64,000 nucleotides of DNA. Source: Balanoglossus misakiensis. Its lineage: Eukaryota > Animalia > Hemichordata. A program made the translations under genes and the position numbers. Shown here in pieces: positions 54,001-64,000 of this stretch. A model generated the notes under the pieces. The model did not search any database. It was not told the origin of the DNA and worked only from the letters and a program-made list of their open reading frames with translations. Each line of letters begins with the position of its first letter. Position 1 is the first letter of the stretch. The DNA lies in contig CM082579.2 in the NCBI GenBank assembly GCA_040954595.2, positions 3,833,227 through 3,897,226 on the forward strand, read 5' to 3'.

Positions 54001-55840
54001 GTTTGGTCAATATTTGCACGAATGAAGCCATTTAGAAATCGAGATGTCTGCTATCTCTAGACAGTCTATCGAAATTCCCTTGTGCGTGTGCCATGTAAAC
54101 ATTCAATTTGCTATATAATGTGATTGTGCAAGTCACTATAGTTCGAAACCCACTCGGTATAAAGTTAAACGCCAACGCGAGTGTTAACTTGAAAGCTCTG
54201 CAGAAGGCGTGCATTGCAAGTTATTGCGACCATTATTTCATGTGTCCTTCACGCGAATTCATCGAGATTCTCGGATTTCTAAATTATTACACTCTCCATC
54301 CTGATTCGCATGTGGACAGGAAGGAAATACTGCACAATTCGAACCTCAAAGATGTATTGGCTCTAGATTACAACCTTGATATCGAGTATACTTTATTAGT
54401 CGTCAAAAAGATTTATGTGTGTTGACAGCTGCTTTATTTCCATTCTCAGTCAGGTACGGCGCAACGTGCTTCTTTGCGGTCCGGTGATAGATTTCTGCGA
54501 TAATCCCCGAGAAATCGATTACTGAGATTTCCGGGCGAATTACGACACTGCTCATCACTGAATGGTGACGCTCGTTACCGGTGTTGCCATGGTCGTTGTG
54601 ACTGGTTCAAAATCCTTTCTTATACATGAAACTGTTTGTTCCGTTCAAAATCCAAACTTGGAGCGAGGTATGCGAAATGTGCGTCACTCTGACTCCCTTG
54701 CCACGCCTTTTCAAGTACATTCTTTCCGGAACGCCAGGAGCAAACGACAGTGTTCAAGCTCTGGGTAAATTGAACGCGAATTTACTATTCGACGATTAGC
54801 TGCCTATGAAATTTTGTTCGCGTTTTGATTAATTACCTCACACCACTTTCCAATCCTATCCAGTATACGTGTGCTGTGAACCGCATTACAAACCTAGCGC
54901 TAGAAAAGAAAATATGGCAACAAGTGTCAAGCGAATATTCAGATCGCTTGACCTTCTGTACGTTGATATATAGCAACAGCCAGACATTTTGACTTTTGGG
55001 AGTATGATTTCGAAACGTTGAAAGGAGGCTTAATTAGCCTTCTTGCTCTTTGTATTGGCACATACGCGGGTGATTTTTCGTCATTTACGCTTCTGCGCGT
55101 ATTTTATAACAATCTACGTGTGCAATTTGCACAGGTAAAAGAACTAGTCTGCATTTCCCAGGAGTCGAATCTTACTTTTTAGCTACGTTCGTTCGATTGC
55201 AGATCTAATAGGGCTGGGATCGAGTATATGAACTGACTGCGAAAATCAATAGCAATTGAGAAGTGTGATAAATGTCGACTACGCTGAAAGGATCTTGAAA
55301 AGCAGATAATCACGAACGGCTGAAAGAAATTTCTACAGAAGATTAAAGTGATGTGCATGCGCAAAGAAAACACTATATGACGTATCATCGGAATTCCCAC
55401 TACTCCTGTTTTGCTAGTCTGTTGTTGTTGTATTTTGCGAATTTTCTTTTCCCCGAGGCAGTGGTGAACCAGATCAAATGAGTCTCCTTACCGAGATGAT
55501 AACACAGTTATTGAATAAGTATGTCCATGCGGCTGATATCAGAGACACATATTACTATGGGTCACACAAATGGCAGGACTTCTGGGACTGTGGAATGGAT
55601 ATAACGATCCGTCTATATCCAGATAGGTTTAGCAAATTACTGTATTTCAGCGTCAATCTTCGTAACACGGCAAGTACTATACTAGCTGTGATGAATCCAA
55701 TGCGGTTGTGTAGATTGGTAATAAAAATCACTGTGTGTAATTATTTAGATAAAAAAGCGATAGCCCCCCCCCCCCCCTATCAGAAACCGAAACAGGTTGG
55801 TAATATTGGTTTCATTCTGTCTGTTTTAGGAATTAATTTA

Positions 55841-57916
55841 ATGATGGCTACTCCGGCGGTGTCGATAACAGATGCTTACATAAAAGGGTTTGTGAACTTC
55901 ACTGGTGTTGCCACTTTGCTGCCGACGTCCACCGAACCGCTGCCGAGCGGAAGATGCACGGAGCACTGGGAGCCCGCCCAGCACGTCGTGTACCAGTTGG
56001 CCAACGTCTGCTTCCTCATTGCGAACCTTTCGGCGAACAGCACCCACGGCATCTTGTTTCTGCACGGCGTGCTCGTCGTCGCCTTCCTCCTGTTCACCGT
56101 GTGGACGGCCGCGGTCACCTGCGCCCCGGACGCCTTCGGTTGGAACCTCTGCCTGATGGTGATCAACGCCGTGCAGACGGCGTACATAACGTACACCCTG
56201 AGACCGGTGCGGGTCTCCAAGGACCTGGAGGCCGTGTTCGTCCACCTGTTCAAACCGCTGCGCGTGCCGCTCAGCGTGTACGGCTCCCTGGTGCGCATGC
56301 CCGACGTGGAGGTGCTGGACCTGCCGGTTGGCCACCGCTACGCCGTCGAGGGGGAGACCACGTGCGATAGGCTGTCATTGCTCATAAGCGGCAGGTAGGA
56401 ATTAATCCGAGCATGACGCCATTAATGACGTCATGCCGAGGAGTAAAGAAAGGGGCAGTGGTCGCGAAGAACGTCAACATCCACTCAGGCAAATCGAAAT
56501 TGGCAAATAATCTGCTCTAAGCAGCGATCTAACAGAATCATTGTTGTTCGTGATGGTATTTATCATTCTCCGGGCATTATTCCTGTACATACAATACAAG
56601 CCAATATACGTCAAACTATACCATAAATAGATTTCAATATCATTTGGGCATGTAGCGATACACCATTAACAGACAGAAAATACTTGTGTCCAACAGAGCA
56701 TGTAATTTGTGAAATTGGTAATTATTATACTCGCCAGCCATAGAAAGTGGCGTGGACGAAGGAATGTACGACAGATTCTTCCCAAACTAAGGAATGTGAA
56801 GCAATCTTGAAGAAAGATGAATGCTAATAAGTGCTACACATACATACATACATTCAATCTCTTTCCCTGCAAGCAATTGAATGCATAAGCTGGATGAACT
56901 GAACTACATCTAACAATTTACATACTACATATTTACATCTATGAATGATAGTTTGAACATGGCGCACAAGGATGTATATCACAACCTAAATATGTATATT
57001 AGTTGCGTCGCGATATGATCCACAATGAATACCGGTTTCGCCTTTCTATTTTGCCCAGATTGGAAGTCAAGGCTAAAGGAGAGTTCCTACACGATATTAA
57101 CCAGTTTCAATTTATCGATTCGGCAACATGGGAATCTTACAAGCCGGGGACGAACGACAAGTATCAGGTGAGTGAGTGAGTTTGACGTACATGCAGATTG
57201 GTTGAACAAAAGAATGCCCTGTACTCTAAAGCAATCACCTGCGAAATCATGCAAATTAATCGAGTATGTCTGCACAGGAATATCTTGGGGGTCTGATCGA
57301 AACGGCCACGCTCTCTTCTGTTTTCCCCCTTGCAGGTAACAATCACGGCGATCGCCAACAGCAAGTGTATCAAGTGGCCCCGCAAGAGCCTGGAACAGCT
57401 GCTGACCAAGGACGAGTACCTGTACGCCGTCATGACCAACATGATGGGCAGGGACATCTGTCAGAAGCTGCACTCCCTCGACGAGAAGATCATGCACCCC
57501 GAGAAGCCGGCCTGCGGTCGCATGGATGTCCGGCTGCCCAGCCTCTCCACGTTCGTGGCCACGCATGACGTGCGGAGTCTCAGTTCATCCAGCGGGATTG
57601 GGTTGCCAAGGCTACGGAGGATGAGGAGCTGCGATCCGGACGACGATGACTCAGGTTTGTGATGTGTATCTAGTACATGTACATGCATGTATGTATCTAT
57701 ATACTACTAGTATGTATGTGAGCTCTGTATGTTTCTCTTGTCCTCTATTTTGAGGAAGAGCAGAATCAAGTCATCGTTATCTTGTCTCTCTTTACAGTCT
57801 TCATTGACATGCCGTCGGCGCCGAACACCCCACGAGCAATACTCACCCCGCAGTCTTCACTCTTGGTGCCCGAACAGGAGGCAATACCGGAAGAAGAAAC
57901 CGACCAGTTGGAGTGA
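55841..57916 (+). CDS. Popeye domain-containing protein, copy B (POPDC2/3-like tail)
   Basis: Acceptor ctgttttag just upstream of ATG 55841. Exons 55841-56394 (CTEHWEPAQHVVYQLAN, CAPDAFGWNL, DRLSLLISGR), 57059-57167 (GEFLHDINQFQFIDSATWES...KYQ), 57336-57654 (VTITA..CIKWPRKSL...GRDICQKLHSL..MDVRLPSL) and probable last exon 57798-57916. An unspliced alternative stops at 57662. Confidence 0.9.
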
Positions 57917-60900
57917 GGGAGGCCTTCACGTGACGTCATCGCTGCTACCAGCCTCGTACCCGTGTTTGTATGTTTGATAAATTCGGACAGTGGTTCTATA
58001 TATTCCTAGAGTCTGTGTGAGTCGACCGTGACATTGTGAAGTTGGCATTTTTTGTATTAAAAGTTAGGTCGACCCCCTCTCTCTGCCTTTCCCTTTCTCT
58101 CTGTCTCTCTATCTGGATGTGAAAGTGAATTTCAGCAAAGATGCCAATCGCCCAGTTTTGCACCGACCCCCCCCCCCCCCGTGGAGCGCGCAAACCGCAG
58201 AAGTTTCGATGAACAAACTTTTCACGGCTTTGAAAATGTTGTGTTGACGATTGATTGATGTCCGCGTTTAAATTTTTATTAAATTTCGTTTTATATTTAT
58301 TGACTTTAATGTGATTGTCGAAATTGAGGTTTGGCGCACCTTGTTGTCGGACTCAATACAAGATATTGAATCTATTCACCGATATTAAAAATGGTGCATT
58401 TAATTTTTTGATGGTGTACGAAAAAATATTAATGATATATATATATCTTTTGGAGACTTCATTTATTGAAAGAACAACCTCTTTGGCAAGTTTAGCATTT
58501 CAATCAAGAAATGTTTTTAATCAAATGGGAAAGCCTCGCGGTTTTATACAATCAAATATACATGTATGACTGGATAGGTTTTCCCCGTCACCATGGTTAC
58601 CACACGTCAGTGAGTTGGTGTAGGGAAACTATCTGAACATTTAATGTTTCCTCCAACTGTTTTTGTAGAAGAGACATCGGTGCCTCGATTCAATGATCGA
58701 TATTACAAATTTTGAGTCACAGATGTCCACATAAATTTTAAAGCATACACATACAATCCTGACAGTGTTCGAACAGAAGCTGTGAAACTTGGTAGAAAGG
58801 TCACGTGTTGTTTTTCATATGTATTGCGCCCAAGTTGTTTTGAAGTAAAATAACGTGTTTACACACAAAATTTGTAGCATTTCTGATTGTTTCTACTGTG
58901 CGAATGTGTGGCGCCGGGGTTATTGGTGGCCATGTTTGCACTTTGACCCCAAGTCTATCCTCGTTCCCATGCAATAATATTTCTGAGCTCGCCGTTATTT
59001 GTACCAGGGCTGTGCACTGTTGATCAAAAAGCTATGGTTATCGTACTGGGCATAGAGCTTGTTGCGTGGTTATCAGTACATGTATCACCCTGCCCGCGGT
59101 GACAATGTTCAGAAACGTGATACTTTTTCTTCTCCCAAAGTACGTGCAGTTTTTTTTTAAACAGCCATTATGATGTAATCGCACAGTCTAGTAAAAGAAA
59201 ATACTGCGGATCCAACTTAAAATCGTCATTTTGAAAGTTAATACATGATAAACACTACTTGAGCTAGACATACTGTTTAGCGCAAATTGCTGAGATCAAA
59301 CAGAGAAACGGAACCGCTGACATCGACCGTCGCCCACGCGCAGTCTCTCGTCTAGATTCTGTGACTCTTCGAGATCATCGCAAAAGAGATTCCTCGGTGC
59401 CAGTTAACCGTACCATAATTACAGTGTATTCTTTTACCAGTCCAAAGATTCCGGCAAATGTATATGAACCATATTTGTCGTGCAATAAGGAACGTTTGGC
59501 TTCGTGCGCAAATCATACTGCGCCTAGTTCGAAATACCAGCGTGATTGAAAGAAATTGAGAGGCAAAGGTCAAAATGTTTATCCCAGTCGAGACATGACT
59601 TGTTGACGTGAATGTTAATTATGAATTATTATTTTCGTTTCGGTGCCGTCATCACGTCATGTCACTGAGCCCAGAACTGCACAAATTTTGTTTTATTTAT
59701 GCTCTCTGTAATTCAAGGACTGTAATCCGAGAATGTGGCGTTTTCTTGTTAGTAGTGAAAACATCGATCGTTTTACACGCAGAGTTCCCTGCAGACGAAT
59801 TCTGGAGACCTTCTCCGGTTCCTCGACTCCCGTTCTCGTTTGGTTCGTCAGGGACAATTGTTAATAGAGAGGAAACCCCTTAGGGTCTAGTAGCTCGGAT
59901 TACCTGTGCTAGATAGTCAGGCCAGTAGATTCGACATATTCGGAGCAGCAAACACGGGCCCTGGGCTACTGCTGTGACGCGTGTATACGGTAGCGTTCAC
60001 AACAGGATTGTTAATCAAGATGGGAAATGCTAGTCTGGGCTTTTTATATTTTTTTCCCTGGGTTAGTGGTCAAATTTTGTTTTAAAAAACGTGGTGACGG
60101 TGAGGTTACTCTCGCTTAGATGTGGGTTTCCTCACAATTGAACGATTGCTGGCATAAAATCACGTCTCCTTGGGTACAAACTTTACACAGGGATTGCCGT
60201 CATCCACCGTGCGTCAATCATGACTCGTCTTGCGTGTCGCCCCAAGGGGGTTCAGATAACAACTCCTCCTACGCGATTAGCGCGCGAGGCTCGACATGCT
60301 GTTTCTTTCCTGTCTCAACACCGAGTACACTTGCTCCTGTTAGTTGTATGTGGTGTTTTGCGTAATCGAGGATGTACACGGAAGACTCGCGTCGCCGTGC
60401 AATTTGCAGAGCAAAGCAACAATTGAGAACATTGATAACAGTTTGTCTCGTATTTATCTGTTGTGAGTATCGTGATCATATCGCGAAAAGGTTTAAGCTA
60501 TATTTCCCGCGTGTCTCATCTTATATACCTGAGTGTACTAGCAAACAGCCCCGAAGACCATTTATAAAAAAACAAGAATTCATTCTCTCTGTCGTGGAAA
60601 AGGACGTTGATTGAAATATTATAACGCGAGTCATTTTCGCTATAAACCGCAGCATTTGGCGCGAGACGACTGACAGACACGCTGCCAGCTCGTTTGTGAA
60701 GGAAATTTCCCCTGAGCAGGTTGGCGTTGAAGTTGCTTATGAAAGGATTGCACAGTGTCTCCATCGAGCAGTTTGAAAAATCTCCGAGAAACACGACGAG
60801 AGTCTGAAGAACCTCGCTGCCAAGCGAGGCAGTGACGCCATCGGGTTCAGAGGTCGGAAGGTAGCTGGCGGGCGGCAGATAAATCACCAGCGATCAAGAG

Positions 60901-63806
60901 CATGTATTCGTAGCTGTATTCGTCGAATGTACAGGCAAAGAACAGAAGGAACGCTGACTGGAGACAGAATACAGTATAGTACAAAGTTCGCCTGCTTGAA
61001 GGTAAGTGTTTCCGTCACTCTATGGATTAACCATTCCTCGGGTGATTTATTTTAATCAAGAGCTAATTGACTTTCATGATGGACTATACGTTCGCGTTTG
61101 TGTAAGTTTGCTCTGAATCGATGATTCCTCTCGTAATAGAGCGTCTACGCGGGCGGCGCGATTGGAGCTGACAGAAGAAGCAAATTGGAGGCGCTCGCTT
61201 TACCGACAGACTTCAGTATTACCTCGGCAAAATGATCCCTGTTGAGAAATGACGACATTCCATTCATTGTTCCTCTTATCTTTCCCACTCTTTTACAAAT
61301 CAACGCGATTTGTTGACAGTTCGGTCTTAAAGATCTCGCGGGATTTGATCTAAATGAATTCGTGTTCTGTATGACGTGCGAGTTCGGCGTTCCCGACGAT
61401 AATTCAGTGCGACAAACAGTGACGCACGTGTATGTACGAGTTCGCAAATAACGCTCGTATTAATCCGACTAGAGAATTTCGCTCGATATAATATGACAAA
61501 CAGAATTCCATTATAAAGTTCGAAATATTAATATCAATGACGCAGTATGATGGTGCATGTTTTACATGTATTCTCAGATTTTCACATTTAACTGATGACG
61601 TCTGCCGGGCATAGCGATTCGGGGTAATTGCATTTTGATTGACACCCCCTCCCCTCCCCTCCCCGTCCACCAGCGCGGTGTAACTGGCCGTGCTATATAA
61701 TTGCTGTTTGGTCACACATAAAGTTGTGCGCGCGCATAACTGTGTTTTGATTACACTAAAAATTATATTCAAGCCTTCTGCCCTGACGGGTCATGAGACT
61801 TCACCTGTTGTACCAAAACCTGGTGTGTTCTGAACGTTTCTTCATTCACGTCGAGGCGTACTTTTTTTTCTAATTAAGAGCGAAAATTGTGACTGATTGA
61901 TTGAGTATCGCGGATTTACAATCCAAGGACTACATGTACGTATATTTCGAGATGAATTCTGTCCGAGGAGCTTAAAACTGCCACCCGCGCGCCCAGACGT
62001 CGTAAATAAAGAAATGCTTGTCGTGTGTCGTAAACCAACGGCTGTCTGACGAGACGATAATCAATACGTCCCCGTTATTGCGTTCGATTAACGCTTGCAC
62101 GCCAATGCTAAGACGAACGGCCATCAATCTCGCAATTTAAATGCAATTTCGATTTTTCTGATTGTTTTAACACTGATTGCGACGTGCGATTTGCACGACA
62201 TGGGAGTTTTCACGAAAAGTAGATTTGTTGTTATGTTCATTGTTCAAAGCCGCAAACGCAAGCCCCACATTTTTGCTTGCGATCCATAGAATGTTTCGGT
62301 CTTCATCTTCATAAATACCAAAACCGAGGACATACTTTCTAGAAATATAATCCGTACATGCCGTTTTTAATGAAAGTACATGCGTCACATCACGGGAAGT
62401 AATACCATAATGTATTTCAAACACGACTGATCTTCAAAATTATCCTTTCATCACATGCACGATTTTCCCTTCTCATAAACCATAGCGCGGCCGGGGGTTA
62501 GAATCTGCATTTAGGGGTGAAAGGTTAGCCGCGTGACGCGTGCGAATCCAACTCTGGGTGTTCCTATCAGCGTGATGTCCATTTCTTGTGCACAGAGATA
62601 TCGACACTGCCGCAACGTGTCCGGAAGGTGTAATTCTATGTCAATCGCAATAATAGGTAAGTGCATTTGGGTGACCTTTAACCCTGCCAGGGGATACCGG
62701 GTTTTATGGGGATTTTTTTCACCTAGCAAATCGGCCTCAGGAACATCACGCCAAGACCTTTAGAACAAAATGCAAAATGACTGTCTTGCTTCGTTGTTGT
62801 TAACAATAAGGTACATATGTCCACTCGAAAAGCCGGTATTCATTCATAAACAAACTGGGTACCTTAAGAGAGAAAGTTCCACACTCTAGAATCCCCCCGT
62901 CAGTTTCCCAAGAACTATTACGATCGTTGAACCGTGTATAGATGTCATCGTACTTGAAATACTTCAAGAATTCACAATTATACAGAAAACAGATGGCCGT
63001 GTGGGATTAACATCGATACATTAACGACTGCTTGGCTGAAACAAACACGTATCGATTTTCCTGCACGAGTAATTCGATACGGTCGTTGTTTTATACACGT
63101 TCCGGATTTATATTTGACGATTAGATAGTATATAAGACAATCGTTACTCATAAGAAACGTTGGTCACGTACGCATTAAGGCAATTGGATACCGTCGTTAC
63201 CCCCCCCCCCCCCCTGCATCATGTGAGTTGACGCGCCAGCAGGTACAAATCACGCTATTATCATTTCTCTGAAACATATTTACAGAGGGAAATGACTTTT
63301 CTTAGAAAAGAAGCCACGATTAATACCGTATCTTTAAAATACACTGAATTGTCGGGGTGTTTACGGTACACAGAAAGAGAAATCGACAATAACGATTTTT
63401 TCCTATCTCGCGCTGTTTTCCACATCGATTTCGACCCTCATATAATTCCTGCCTTCAAAGGGCGTTGAGCTATAGCTCCATTGCTATCAGAATATTTGCT
63501 TTTTATCTTTAAGACAAGCCATACCCCCATGAGAAGTTTCTTAGCAAACCTCTTAAGCAATCGCGATAGCCTTTGAATTCTTCTGGGTCGCCGAATGTTA
63601 ACCCTTTGATCTTGCTGTCCAGGCGTATAGTTGCGAAGAAACTGGCGAAGCCGAAGGAACGAAAAAGAGACTCGATGAAAATGCTCGGCACTTTCTTGAT
63701 TCGCACCGGATTCGAGGGGGATTGGAGGGAGATCTTTCGAGCCATTAAATTTCGACATGTTTGCCTTTTTTATTTCTCAGGACATTAAACTCACCACAGG
63801 GGAATC

Positions 63807-64000
63807 ATGTCTACACTATCGTCGCTTCTTCGGGACATAGTAACGGTTACAGCCCAGCCAATGGCAACCACGGACTCGTCAGGTGCAACGAGCGGAACGT
63901 GTCCGGGGTGGTCCGAACCGCAGCATGCACTTTTCCAAATAGGCCATCTCGTCCTAGTGGTGGCGCTCTCCACGCCCACCATCTTTCGCCGACACGCCTT
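63807..64000 (+). CDS. Popeye domain-containing protein, copy C, 5' partial (runs off window)
   Basis: After acceptor tatttctcag (63780), ATG 63807 opens MSTLSSLLRDIVTVTAQPMATTDSSGATSGTCPGWSEPQHALFQIGHLVLVVALSTPTIFRRHA, matching copy A (CPGEWSDPQHALFHVGHLGLAMAFMAPKTFAQHA). Absent from the ORF track because no stop lies in the window. Confidence 0.85.
   Translation, partial: MSTLSSLLRDIVTVTAQPMATTDSSGATSGTCPGWSEPQHALFQIGHLVLVVALSTPTIFRRHA

Noticed and set aside
55478-55840. N-terminal extension of POPDC-B in the ORF track
   Set aside because: AT-rich, non-homologous and upstream of a clear splice acceptor at ~55829; probably intron.
58612-58657. Imperfect hairpin (agttgg...ggaaac / gtttcc..ccaact) as a pre-miRNA
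   Set aside because: The stem is only ~13 bp with bulges and I recognise no miRNA in it.
63791-63982. Minus-strand 63-aa ORF
   Set aside because: It is the antisense shadow of the plus-strand POPDC-C exon.

Overview
Eukaryotic (animal) genomic DNA with spliceosomal introns and microsatellites. An invertebrate deuterostome such as a hemichordate is likely, but that is inference. No prokaryotic features, CRISPR arrays or RNA genes were seen. Left to right: (1) a nicotinic acetylcholine receptor alpha subunit of alpha9/10-like structure (+, first exon not located) with an atypical pore selectivity filter; (2) an intronless Gal/GlcNAc-6-O-sulfotransferase (-); (3) an intronless divergent FoxL2-like forkhead gene with an eh1 motif (+); (4) a 33-exon, ~2157-aa secreted protein (-, 23421..38548), assembled by hand, in which two EAR/EPTP-like propeller regions flank about 30 phage-tail-fibre-like 'QxITGxKTF...GxVDGVD' repeats, with 3-4 GC-AG introns; (5) an RWDD2 gene nested antisense in intron 2 of that gene; (6) a cluster of at least three Popeye-domain (POPDC) genes, one with an altered cAMP-binding motif and one running off the window end and missed by the ORF track. 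Exon boundaries were read by eye and checked for reading-frame phase. No database searches were run.
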